A DNA stretch of 63,938 nucleotides, filler included, from Choristocarpus tenellus KU-1152 (GCA_964200185.2; 11 parts of 11 records of this genome joined end to end with filler, not necessarily neighbours in it), one strand, 5' to 3'. Counted from the first letter of the whole stretch, positions 40,113 through 52,008 are shown. Numbers and translations are program-made. Notes: generated by a model not told the origin, from the letters alone.

Positions 40113-40522
40113 TCCCTGGCCGCAACAAAGTTGACGAGAGAATCCGTAGCCTAAGACACGCTGACAATTTCTACAACTACATAAGGATCAAGACTAATCG
40201 GAGAGCTTGGATTAAAGGTATGAGCAAGTTGGGTGGGTTCCTAAGGCACAGACCATACCTCAGAGTCTTTATTTCTCGCTTCTACAGGTATTGTGTGATT
40301 CATTTCACCGAAACCGTGAAACTGTAAATGTTCATAGAGATATGAAGGGATGTACATTATCCCAACCAAACCCCCAAATCCCAACCTGACCTCTTGTTTG
40401 TCCTGTATATTCGAAGCAAGTGAGTACACATTCTTGACCCTGAAGGAGGCGTATGGGCATAACCTAGGTGACCTCATCTAGGCCCTCTTGGGTGCAAGCA
40501 CCTGAGGGCTTGGGTGCCCATC

Positions 40523-41390
40523 ATGTATTGTGGAGGTGAGGGCGATATCGTTGATTGTTTATCCTTTCCAACATTCCCCTATAGCCCACAGCATTGGCCT
40601 TTACTACCATTGTATATCTCGTGTGTTTTTTTAGTCGAGAATCTTTGCAAAGAGGCTCGCTCTTGGGGAATATAAAGTGCAACAAATGTAGCGATTGACA
40701 TTACCTGAGTTGGATATAAGTGTGACTGCACAACTTGAGCAATACATTGCTAAGTTCCATCGGGTTTGAATGCCTTTTCCGAGACTGCTTCGAGGGAAGA
40801 AATTGTGTTGCACGAAAGTGGTGGTTAGGTAACTGAAATTTATGCAACTTCAGTTAATCTTGAGACGACTCCCACTTCTCATCTCTCACATTGTTGTTGC
40901 AATTGATATCGCTAAACTGACCTTACTGTGGTACCCTTCGTATGCTCCATTTCGTCGCCAGACTTAGACAGCTTACTATGATTATTTAATGTCATATTGT
41001 GCTGCTCAATATACCCTCCATAATGCCGCACATTGTGCCCTTCATGACCCAGACGAGGTCGCTTCCGTTGTAGGGGAAATTGGATCTCATACCTGTAAGT
41101 TTGGGTTTGGGGGGGAAGACTCTCCAAAGCACGTTTTCACGTCTACGGCGGGCTATCTTCCCAGCGAGGGAAATATACAAGACGGTGGAGGGGCTGAAGT
41201 AACGCCTGTGGCAGTTGGCAGTCAAAGGGGGCAGGGGACAGGGACCACTGATGGAGGAAAGGAGTCAGGTCCTGGGGTGGGACGAGGGCGAGGGGTGTGG
41301 CGCGTGGGGGAAGGGGCAATAGCACAACGAAGAGATGGAATGGAACTCAGGAGTCCTCTGGTGGATGGCCTGCTGTCTGATTGGGATCAG
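40523..41390 (+). CDS. ARP4: Nuclear actin-related protein 4 (ACTL6/BAF53); exons 40523-40535 and 41053-41390; rest missing
   Basis: Spliced MYCGDEVASVVGEIGSHTCKFGFGGEDSPKHVFTS...RRDGMELRSPLVDGLLSDWDQ, a typical Arp4 N-terminus. Confidence 0.9.
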
Positions 41391-44300
41391 GTGAAAAGGA
41401 GTGCAGTGTAGTGAACTCTACACTCCCAATTGCCGACCATGTTTACGATGTGACGATGTATACCTGTCATTTTGACAAAAGCGCTGCAATCAGATGTAAT
41501 GAGTGTACCTGCTTAGTATCACTGTTTATGTCCTTCCCCTTAGGTGCGAGAATGGAAGCAGATGCAATGAACTTGTTCAGTCAGTGCCATGGTTACATGC
41601 TCTGTTTTGTTCACAATTGCTCTTGTGTTATGAAATGATGTATCTTACAATAGATTGACACTTTCCTAGTTCTATTTTCCTAACCCTTTGGCATAGGTGT
41701 AGGGGGGGGAGTGCAAAGAATAAATGTCACTGAAGTTGAAAAATCACCTGGTGCATAGTATTTCTCATTAGCAGTTTGTGTGTCATCCTTAGGCTTTGGA
41801 TTTTGGTCTAACACATGAACATGTGCAAACGCTTGAAAACAATATTGCATTGTAACACTTGTTATACATGCACAAGCATGTTTTCATGGCACACCATATG
41901 TCAAGTTTACTTTTCTCCCTTGAAGTGTTTCTCGTTGTACAAATTATTATTATTATAATAAAATTATAGTACAGCTTTTCACAAACCCATGAGTATTTAT
42001 GTAAATAAAACAAGATTAATTTTTAAAGATATGAAGGAGTATCTACGACCAGGTTCAATAGAAAAGATACCTTCTCATTAGTTTCATTAAAATGAAATCC
42101 TGTTCATATACAAATGATAGTTCATTTCAGTGACTTCAGGTTCAAAGTACATTCACATCACATACCCTGTTGACATTTTTTTTTTAAGTATTAACTTTGT
42201 GTTGCTCACTTTCTACTATCTATTTATTAACATGTGGTTAATCAATGTTCTGTGATAAACAGCTGTTAGGCATCCTGTTTCCCCNNNNNNNNNNNNNNNN
42301 NNNNNNNNNNNNNNNNNNNNNNNNNNNNTTAATTAATTAANNNNNNNNNNNNNNNNNNNNNNNNNNNNNNNNNNNNNNNNNNNNAAATTTCAGACGTGGC
42401 ATGCAAGAGACTTACAGGGAGAAAGTTTGAGGGGCATGGAGAAATCGACAAAAAATGCACTTTCCCGTCAAGTTAGGTAGCCATCATGGTAAGAGTAGGA
42501 GGATATTCAAGGTTCCAACAAAGGATATCTATCAACAATAATCAGCTGGAGGACAGCCATGATATGATTGACGAACAAAAGGGTCAGCTCTAGTTCGGTA
42601 AGGGCGAATCTTTTGGTTAAGGTGTGCGAGGTCAAGAGTATCCCGATTGAATATCGATTGAACAGGTCTGGTACCCAAAATTGAAACTCGACATACCTAG
42701 TCTTATTCTCGGTGACGACCTCTTGTGGCCGCCTGCAATTAGTGGGGTTACCCTTCGGTTTCAAATATGACACCAAGGCGATCTGGACTCAATCAACTCT
42801 TCACTTGTGGAATTGTGACGTAGGTATTAATAATGACTGTTCTATGCTGTAACACACCAAATATGAGAGCCTCAGTTCGTCGATCAGTTATATGAGGTCC
42901 CTGTTCATAGTTCATAGTTCATAGTCCTTGCCAATACCCGTATCCTGGGAGCTTATCCCTTAGATGCATGGTTGGGGAGTGGCACAGTTGACTCTCTTTG
43001 GCGCTGGAGATATGACACCTGGTCACTCTGTAGGAATACCTTTCTTCTCATATACACTTAGATGCACACTACTATTGAATCCCTCCCTGAAAATGAGTTC
43101 CCTTATTCGTGACTATCGTGACATTCTGTGTGATGACGAGGAAGCCCTACCAACCAATGCCGTATCGGGCCATTCGGGTGTCGATTGGCAAATGGTTCTT
43201 GTAACATAAAATTCATCCTATATATATATAATATCAATGGAAGAACGAAGAACATCCGAAACCGTCTTTCAATTTGAGGAAGCAACAATACAGGCAATAC
43301 AATGAACACAACCTCTAAACGCCTTATAGAAAAGGACTGTACATGAGAAAATAAGGAACGGACAACGAAACCTGTTGAGACATCTCTTCTGTACCAGTCT
43401 GTAGTTGTTCAGGACCCACACCAATAAGATGATCCACGATTGACCTTGAAACATAAGTGGGCCCATACTTGAGAACTAGGTCGTCCGAGATCACACACAC
43501 AATTTCAAAACGCTAGGTGGACGGTCGTTTAATCTATGAATATATTTCGTCTTTCAGTTGCTAGTGTAGAATTCTGAGCAGGTACATTGTACACTAGAGA
43601 TCAGGGAGCAATTCTATTTGCCTCCTATTACATATGCAAGTGCAAGTCTGTTGGCATGTGTAATTGTTCACTTCCCAATTGGTTGTATAACCCATCTTCT
43701 ACATGAGGTATCCCTTCGCAAAACAACATACGTTCAGCATAAACAGGCAGTTCAATCCGCTCTAAGACCCCATTCGTAACGCAGGTCTAACTTTGTAATG
43801 GAACAAGTTAAGATCACACTTCCTCGTTCTACCTTCTCAGAAAATCCTTTTGTCCAAGACCAAGAGACCTTTCGGCACCTACATTCGATCACTTCTACCT
43901 GGAATCCAAGCAAGCTAGTACCAGCATCAGAAACTAGAGGTGTGTCGCAGAGGAAACATGGTTGTAGTAGGGAATACATCGCCAAATGCATTTCGTTTCG
44001 TCGAGATTCCAGACCTCTTTCGCAATACCACAAGTCTTAGTTAGAGTTGAGTTCGGTATTGAAACCAACAGTTCCAGGGAGGTTTGGGAACTAACGTATC
44101 ACAATTCAAGTGCGGTACTCACTCTTGAATATTCAGCAGCAGAGTAGGATATGCATGGTTGTGCGATATTACATCTTCACATGAAGGTTGCATATATTTT
44201 CGATATAGTCAATTGGTGGTAGACAGGGCGATAGGTACTGTCGGTTGTATTGAATTTTATCTCCTCCCAAAGAGTAACTTTACTGACTTGTAACTTTTTG

Positions 44301-44675
44301 TGAAGATAAATCTTGATATTTTTCTTTTGGGTAAGATAGGTTAAGAGCTAAGTGGACCCAGACTTCCCTTCAAGTGTTTTACCTTGGCAACAGTCATACT
44401 TGTGGAACAAATATACACAGAGGTCTCCTTTGGTAGCCCCTCCTAAGAAATGAACCCCCTTTTGCATTCCTCCGTACTCATGCTGGCAAGACATCTTACA
44501 CCTTCAACTGAAGGCTCCTCAAATATCTACATAGCATGAAAGTTTGTATGCATCTGACAGCCGAGAAAACATACATATATAGAGAGAGTAAGCCCGAGGT
44601 GTTGTAGTGAAATGTTATTTGAGGAGCCTTCATCCACCAATAGTCAACCTCTACAAATATTGATGATGGGGAAGT

Positions 44676-44965
44676 GTAATATTTAACCTAGATTCAATAT
44701 ATATATGTATATTCCAATGACATTTCTTCTCCATTAATTAAAATTTTCCATGCCCTTGAGTTGTTACGAGTCAAACCACTTGAGAGGTAGGTGGGTTGGA
44801 AGCCCTTTGCATTCTAAGTAATATTTAACCTAGATTCAATACATACATATATGTATATTCCAATGACGTTTCTTCTCCATTAATTAAAATTTTCCATGCC
44901 CTTGTTGTTACGAGTCAAACCACTTGAGAGGTAGGTGGGTTGGAAGCCCTTTGCATTCTAAGTAA
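44676..44965 (+). repeat. Near-perfect tandem duplication of a ~143-bp unit
   Basis: gtaatatttaacctagattcaat...ccttg..ttgttacgagtcaaaccacttgagaggtaggtgggttggaagccctttgcattctaa occurs twice with small indels. Confidence 0.95.
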
Positions 44966-45592
44966 TCTTTCTTACCCTGTGCAATACCCTCTAGTTTCAT
45001 TTATTTCTTGCACAGCAGTGTACCCAAAATGATATTCCCCCTCTCCACACACGAAGTGACCCCACAATTCAGCTTATGTTCATTATACAGTTGTACAAAA
45101 TGACGCCATTCTGCCCTTTCTCGGTAACCCTACCTACCACTCAATTGTTTTGACTGTATATTCATTACATTTAATTTTTTCAAGAAAGTCTCCCAAATGT
45201 TCTATGGCTTAAAGCATTTCATACATCGTGACCTTGTATCTGCTCCATACAAAGTACAAGAGAATTATTAGTAATATTTTTTATCCAGCATAAATATGCT
45301 TCACTAAAGTCTTTTGTCCCCTCATCATCTTACCATTATTAGATAAAGAAATAGTGTTTTGAAATGAATCCAAAATAATTTATCGATCAAAATATTGAAG
45401 CTAATCAGGATCATTTGAGAACCTCAAAATGTTTTTTTAATCTTATGACTAATCTGCATTATTACTTGACTAAAATTTAGTCTAATGAATATTTCACGTG
45501 AATATTCCATTAAGAATTCTAAATCACTTTTTTAGTGGCATAAACACAGTGGTGCATACTTTGCTTTCTTCTATATCTTCATATTTTTTTGC

Positions 45593-45812
45593 ATGCTTGA
45601 AGATCTTGCCATTCTTACTAGGAGTCAGATGATTAGTGATAATTTGGGTATGAAGTTAGATAAAGTTGATCTTTCAATAGTTGGAAGTGCTAAGAAAGTA
45701 AAGGTCTCTAAAGAAAACACTGTTGTTTGTTGTTGATGGTGGTGGAGATAAAGTTGATCTTGAAGCAAGATGTGGGCAGATATGTCAACAAATTGACGAA
45801 CGTATATCTGAT
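45593..45812 (+). pseudogene. groEL: Bacterial-type chaperonin GroEL internal fragment (alphaproteobacterial-like), frameshifted
   Basis: [73 protein letters not shown] matches the GroEL apical-domain stretch MLEDIAILT..ISEDLGMKLE..LG.AK.V..SKENT.IVDG.G..I..QI....SD. AT-rich and intronless. Confidence 0.88.
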
Positions 45813-46051
45813 ACTACGGTATACAATTACGATTTTAAAGAAAATAAACCTATAACTCTGAAAGTCCAAGAAATCTCAAGTAAGTGGATTTAATACCAAA
45901 GATATCGTATAGAAAGAGTTTTTGCTAAAACAGATGGGTTGAAGTTCCTACTAGCTCTTTTAAAATAAATCTCAATTTAAGAAAGATCAAACCCCTTATA
46001 TCCATATGGATATGGGTCTTACGGAAATAGTGTAACTATGTCTTTCCGAAA
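45813..46051 (+). pseudogene. ptrB: Bacterial oligopeptidase B (protease II, S9A) internal fragment, frameshifted
   Basis: TTVYNYDFKENKPITLKVQEISS/GFNTK/YRIERVFAKTDG/EVP...KSQFKKD/SNPLYPYGYGSYGNSVTMSFRN, containing the S9A NPLxLYGYGSYG motif. Confidence 0.85.
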
Positions 46052-46272
46052 CAGCCAAAGTATCTTAGAGGGTAGAGCCACGTCCATTTGGGGGCCAAAA
46101 TCCAAAGTTGCGATTTCGACGTAATTTTGACTATCTTGTTTCTTGGGAAGTGTCAATATTCTTGTTCTGGACACACCTTTTCATGACATACACATTTTAC
46201 CTACTGCACAAACATTTTGGAGTAGGAAAATGCCATAAAAATGTCCATGGGAAGCCAAGCCCCAAATGGACA
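46052..46272. mobile_element. MITE family A copy 3, truncated by contig end
   Basis: CAGCCAAAGTATCTTAGAGGGTAGAGCCACGTCCATTTGGGGGCCAAAATCC... Confidence 0.92.
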
Positions 46273-46372
46273 NNNNNNNNNNNNNNNNNNNNNNNNNNNN
46301 NNNNNNNNNNNNNNNNTTAATTAATTAANNNNNNNNNNNNNNNNNNNNNNNNNNNNNNNNNNNNNNNNNNNN

Positions 46373-46466
46373 CCGACACGTCCGACCAAACCACACCAAA
46401 ACAGTGAAAATCGAAAAAAGGGTGAAAAACAGACCCCCACCCCCCCCCCCCCAGATACTTTGACCC
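46373..46466. mobile_element. MITE family B-like partial copy at contig start
   Basis: Poly-C followed by CAGATACTTTGACCC. Confidence 0.65.
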
Positions 46467-46521
46467 AGATGGGTAAGGTGTGTACCTGCACCCTATTAAG
46501 GACCCCCCCCAAACCCCTCAG

Positions 46522-47135
46522 GCACAGAATAGGCGTTACGTTACAAAGGTGATGTTCCTTGCAGATGTGTCCAGCCGTAGTAGACTCTCCAACAGGGTGT
46601 GGTTTGACGGGAAAATCAGAATCTCACCAATTGTGGATCCTAAGTCGCTCAGCGCTCCAGTAAACGCTGGCCCAAGGGCACCAAGGTATAAGAACCTCAT
46701 GATCGAGGATGTCATCCCGGCAGTCATGAACTGCATGCCTAGGCCAGAACGACACACCATTTTCATGTAGTCGGACAGGGCAAAGTCAAACCCCAAGGGG
46801 GGGATCATGGAGGCCATCGAGGAGGTGGCAGCCGGGGGACAACATTGTCATAGAGACCCAGCCAGTCAACTCACCCGACCTCAACGTCAACAAGCTGGGA
46901 TTCTTTCATTCCATCCAGCCGCCAAAGGAAGACATGGGAGTGACCAACACAGAGGAGCTGGTGGAGGCCACAATGAAGGCGTTTGATGTGTACCCCTGGG
47001 AGACACTAGAGCCCGTCTGGCAGAGCCTCTTCGAAGTCTAAGGTGAAGTGCTGGGGTCCAAGGGTGATAAAGTCTTCAGAATTCCTCATCTTAGCAAGGA
47101 AAAGGTTGAGAAGTCCGGCAAGCTCCTCCTGAATG
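46522..47135 (+). pseudogene. Tc1/mariner (plant/oomycete DD39D-type) transposase pseudogene, catalytic half
   Basis: QNRRYVTKVMFLA..VWFDGKI..YKNLMIEDVIPAV..TIFM*SDRAK..ETQPVNSPDLNVNKLGFFHSIQ..ELVEATMKAFDVYPWETLEPVWQSL..FRIPHLSK, with stops and frameshifts. Confidence 0.9.
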
Positions 47136-47859
47136 GCCCAGTGGATGCAGCAAAATATCGTTCTGGAACGAAGTTTTGGAGGGCTTTGGGTACGGAATGG
47201 TAGATAGGTATAGGTATAGGCTGCCCGATTTTGCTTCAGATTCTGGTGGGCAACCTTTTAGTGTCTGTACAATACACCCATGAAATATGAACATCTGAAA
47301 AAAAAATGTTGCTTCTTCGTCGGGTTGTTGAAACCTGGGATTGAACAACTCGTGCTCTTGTACAGTGGCAGGGTTGGTTGTGGTGAAGGGGTATCATGGT
47401 GCAATGAAGCACCAGTGAATTCATGTTGTTGAACCTAGTGAAATGTTTTGCACGGTCAGAGGTTATCTGGTACAGCAATGTAGGGTATTCCTTGGTGCAT
47501 TCAAAGGAAGAGATTCATGCTCCGTGTAGAGGTTTGTCACCTTGTGAAGAAGGGTTTGTGGATGTTTTAACTCTGAATATATTGCATCCTGTAGTGTGTC
47601 AGGTACACTTACTGCAGAGTGGACTCGATGTCTAAGTGGGGGCAAGGCAACCAGAGAGAAAAGAACAATCAGCATATGAGATACAGCGGATGTTTCCGAT
47701 GTGAAGGTCAAAAATCAATGAAAAGGCTTGAATCAATATCTGGGACAACGCAAATGGCATATACTATGCTTGTTGTATGTTTGATAGATGTCGACTGTTC
47801 CATACTTGCTATGGACCATGGGGTTGTAACAGTGATTGACGACCTTATGATGAGGTACT

Positions 47860-48108
47860 GAGTCAAAACATTTAACAGGGTAGGGCCGCATCCGTTTGGG
47901 GTCCCAAATCCAATGGTGCGATTTTGATATACTGCTATAGTGTTAGAAAGTGTTAATATCCTTGCTCCAGACGCACCTTTCATAGTTGTATATATTTTAG
48001 TTAACTGTGCTCACACAGAATGCAGAAAAGGGGCATAAAATACCTGTGGGAAGCCAAGCCCCAAACACAAACAGGGCAAAACTCCTACCCTCTTCAATGC
48101 TTTGGGTC
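47860..48108. mobile_element. MITE family A copy 4 (diverged)
   Basis: GAGTCAAAACATTTAACAGGGTAGGGCC ... CTACCCTCTTCAATGCTTTGGGTC; internal homology (ttagaaagtgttaatatccttgctccaga, gggaagccaagccccaaac). Confidence 0.85.
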
Positions 48109-48732
48109 ACCAATGATGTGAATGCGAGTAACGACCAGTACCATTGTGTGACCTATGTTTTAACACGGGGCTGCAAAAGGTATGTTATATTTATTCCAAA
48201 CGGAGGAAGTAAAGAATATCTCTCAAGAATTGTTGATTAGGATTTTATCGCAGTGGTTTCAAAACTTTACATTGAAAAGTGTATTTCACTTTAGGCCAGG
48301 TATGAGCAGGGAGAATTTGATCCCAATTAAAGAATACAAAATATAGAATATGGCAAATCAGAGAGTTACTGATTACTTAGACCTTCTATTCGGTCAAATT
48401 ATGGCCAGGTGGGAGCGTTTTGCTTTGTTAAGGGAACTGCCCAAAGCAGTTCCTTTAGCCTCAGCATGTAGCCACCCTTTATTAATACACAAGTCTTGGA
48501 TTGCCTACTGGCTGATCATTGACTCACCCACCCACCCCTCCTAGTCCCATAGACATATTACTATTACATTTTTATTCATGAGCGAAAAAAAGTTTAAAAG
48601 GGCACAGATTGGCTTTGAGATGTTCTAGGGTTTTTCATATTGATAATGCACACCAGTTCCCTTTAATTGGGAGATATTTAGTGCTGGTGGACATCAAGTT
48701 CTTTCTAAATCTCAGACCCAAAAACTATCTTA

Positions 48733-49013
48733 GACTCAAAGCATTTAAGAGGGTAGGGCCACGTCCGTTCGGGGTCATAAATCCAATGTTTCGATTTCGA
48801 TTCACTTTGACTGTCATGGTTGTTAGCAAGTGTCAACATCCTTGCTCCTGACACACTGTTCACAATTGTGTACTTTTTATGCACCATGAAATGTTTCGGA
48901 GTAGGTAACTGTGTTCACACAGAATACCAAAAAAGGGCGTAAGAAACCCATGGGAAGCGAAGCCCTGAACGGACAAACGGAGTAAATTCCTACCCCCTCA
49001 AATGTTTTGGGTC
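48733..49013. mobile_element. MITE family A copy 5 (diverged)
   Basis: GACTCAAAGCATTTAAGAGGGTAGGGCCACGTCC ... TACCCCCTCAAATGTTTTGGGTC. Confidence 0.85.
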
Positions 49014-49849
49014 CTTCTCATAGTTAACGGCCTATTGTAGTCTCATGACGTACTATTATTATACATTATTGGGGCTAAAGCCTATCTCCATTCAGACACT
49101 GCCTCAGACTGCTGACGATGGATAGGGATAGCATTAAAATAACACGGTTCAAATGATAAGAACGTGATATCTGAATGGTGTCCTGAGAGCTTTTCTGCTG
49201 TTAATTATATCTGTAATGATGCCTCCCTTTTCTCAACAAACTTTCCAAGCGGAAGTGTTCGAGAGTATTATTTGCCATTAATGATTGATAGGCTTCACGA
49301 ATGATCAACAGTGCCATAGTATTGACTTATCTACTTACAATTCAGCGTCCTCAAATCTCACCCTGGAACACCCTTGGAATATGCGACTGCACCACTACAA
49401 ACTCGCACACCAATTTTCTACAGCAGCAATGTCCAGACGCATGTTTAAGCAGCCGTCGCAATTTGCCCAGTAACAAATTCCTTCCACAATATTCTCACTG
49501 GGATACTCTTATTACAGCAGTTGTGTTTTCTCAGGAGGAGCAGAGGGGCCATTATGTTTGAGTGTGGTGCATATCTGAGCGATAAACTTCATACAAATGT
49601 TGCACATCTACTTCTTCAGTGTACCTTAGTTTATGAGCTGATTACTTCCTACTTTGTTATGGCTTCCGCAATCCATCCACCAGGTCGTGCTACATGTGGT
49701 GCAGACCCTTGCAGAAGGAAATACGGAGCAATATTTATTGTCTATGTTTCCTGCCTGTTGACATCCATTTTTTCGTCGATATATATTCATGTATACGTTT
49801 GAACTCAATACTGAGGCAACTTGATTGATTCCTCTCTGCAGCTGAATAG

Positions 49850-51240
49850 GTTATGATGCATCATCAGTTTGAGGTCGACTTGGTTCCTTGAACTCTCCCA
49901 ACGAAACTTTCTTCTTCCTTGTTGCTCCCAACCCTTCCATTAATCAACCTGCAGGAGAAACCCATGCTTTGCTAAAGGCTGATCCACTTGTGTCCACAAC
50001 CAACTAGCCTGCCTGTTCAATTTCCTTTGCACCCCCTCTCTTGCCACCTCACCTTGTAACAGCAGTGATTGCTAACCCTCTCACCTCTGTGATGACTTGT
50101 TCCCCCATATATCTTGGGACTTTCTTCAAAATTCGTCAGGAATCCTGGAGGAGTGGGCTTAGGTTTCCCATATGTCTCGAACCATTGCTTAAGACTTGTA
50201 AGGGAGGGCTCAGCAAGCAGCTGAGGTGGTAGCAGTTGTCCCCGCTGGATGTCATAGTCCACCTGACGAAAATGGGCAGGTATTTGGACAGGGTTTGTTA
50301 CCAGCTCTGGTGATGGCTACTACATGTGGGTGCAATTTGTCCAGCTGTCTCTTCCACTCGGAACCTGTAACTATGTTCCCTCACATGTGATCAAATGAGT
50401 GAAAGTATCTCAGAGGGTACAAGTTTTGCGCTGTTTGTCCATTTTGGGCTTGGCTTCTCACGGGTTCTTTTATGACATTTTCCTACTTTGAAATGTTTCG
50501 GAGTAAGTAAAATGTATACATTATGGCAATATGTGTCTGGAACAAGGATATTGATACTTCGTAACAAACATGATGGACAAAATTACATCAAAATCGCAAC
50601 ATTGGATTTTGCCCCCCAAATGGACGCGGCCCTTCCCTCTAAGATACTTTGGCTCAATGTTTGCTGTCAGGGGTACCATGAACTTCTCTATCTACTACTC
50701 CAAAGCAACGATCATAACTTGCTTCAGGCCTCTACGTTACATGCATCCTGTAGATTGATTGACCAACAGCTACAGTTGTGGCAGTACTAACATTAGAGTA
50801 TAGAACTTCTACTGAACACCCTTCCCCAACCAGCCATCAAGGTTAGTTTTCCGAATTTCAATATAGAAATGCAGACTCTCCTGATCGTCAGTCAACAGCC
50901 AAGACATCTGCTGACATCTCCTGTGGTATTGATTGATGTACATGCAGATAGCAATTTACCCCTTCACCAAGTCCTAGAGTTCCCAACAGTCGGCCTCCTG
51001 ATAATTTCACCTGGTCAAGCTCCCGCTGTATTTGGGACATCTTTAGGGTCAGAGCGGCAAGATTGCCATTCTCCACAATGCGTCTGGTCTCCTCTGACTG
51101 CTGGAAATACTCGATAGCACCAGGCCTCTTTGCCACAGCTATGGCATGCTCTAAATTCTTGCAGGTCTGAAGAGCCTGGTCGTTGAGACCACCCTATCAC
51201 AGTTAGTGATTTTATGCATGGTGACGCCACCATGTAGAGT
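49850..51240 (-). mobile_element. Possible degenerate Ty3/gypsy remnant (gag-like and chromodomain-like pieces), interrupted by a MITE
   Basis: Gag-like RP..LEHAIAVAKR.. followed by a coiled stretch at 51180-50950, and chromodomain-like ..YKVRWQ near 50050. Many stops; no RT motif seen. Confidence 0.35.
50397..50655. mobile_element. MITE family A copy 6 with 3-bp TSD AAT
   Basis: AAT|GAGTGAAAGTATCTCAGAGGGTA ... TTCCCTCTAAGATACTTTGGCTC|AAT. Confidence 0.95.
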
Positions 51241-51837
51241 CGCCAAACAAGAACACACGTGGAGTGCCAAGAAAAAAATGAACTAAGCCATCATTTAGAG
51301 GTATAATAGGTAGTCAGAATTGTAGTCACTTGACATCACCGTGATTAGGTCGACCCATGTAGACTCAGAATTTTAAAATACTGGGTAGGTAGACTATAGT
51401 GATTAGCGATCGCTCAACCACAAGGTGTATGGATTCTCGTGGCCATATTTTTGCAATCTGTGACAAGTGATGTGCGCCCTGCAACGGTCTCTTGGAGGGT
51501 GGGGGGGACGAGGGGTTGAGCGCGAAAGGGAAAATATGATTTATTTAACATTGACTCCCCATGAATGCTTGGGTTCGTGCAGGTGTAATTTGGGCACTAG
51601 GAATCATTCCCATGTCTAGAGTGTACCTTCAGTACATACAACTCAAAATATCACCATGGAAAACAGTGGACGCGACATGCCCCACACAAGCGATCAATAC
51701 AGTCTACTGTCAACCACCTTTCTCAGAGTTGTTTATCAATTTTTAAGCTTAAAACAAAAACTTGCCGTAACCCAGCCCTTCTTGGTGTATGCATTCGTCA
51801 ACCTGTGTCCAGACGGGAGAGAAGGATGGTCACTCAC

Positions 51838-52008
51838 CTGGCGGGTAAGGATGTCGTTTAACTGATCAGAGAGTGCCTTTTGTTGCCCGAGCTTTCGCAC
51901 CTTGATGGAAATCAGCTCGTCTACCCTACTCTTCTTGTTCATCTTTCCTTTCTTGGCTCTGGTAGCCCTACCATTCCACACTACCTCATCATCTTTCCAT
52001 GCCGTCAT
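51838..52008 (-). CDS. Probable first coding exon of an unknown basic/coiled-coil protein, divergent from MOCS2B
   Basis: 57 codons MTAWKDDEVVWNGRATRAKKGKMNKKSRVDELISIKVRKLGQQKALSDQLNDILTRQ ending at a consensus CAG|GTGAGT donor. Downstream exons not identified. Confidence 0.5.

Noticed and set aside
42385-44560. Short ORFs and coding-like fragments upstream of the bacterial block
   Set aside because: No recognisable motifs; cannot be assigned to bacterial, viral or TE origin without a search.
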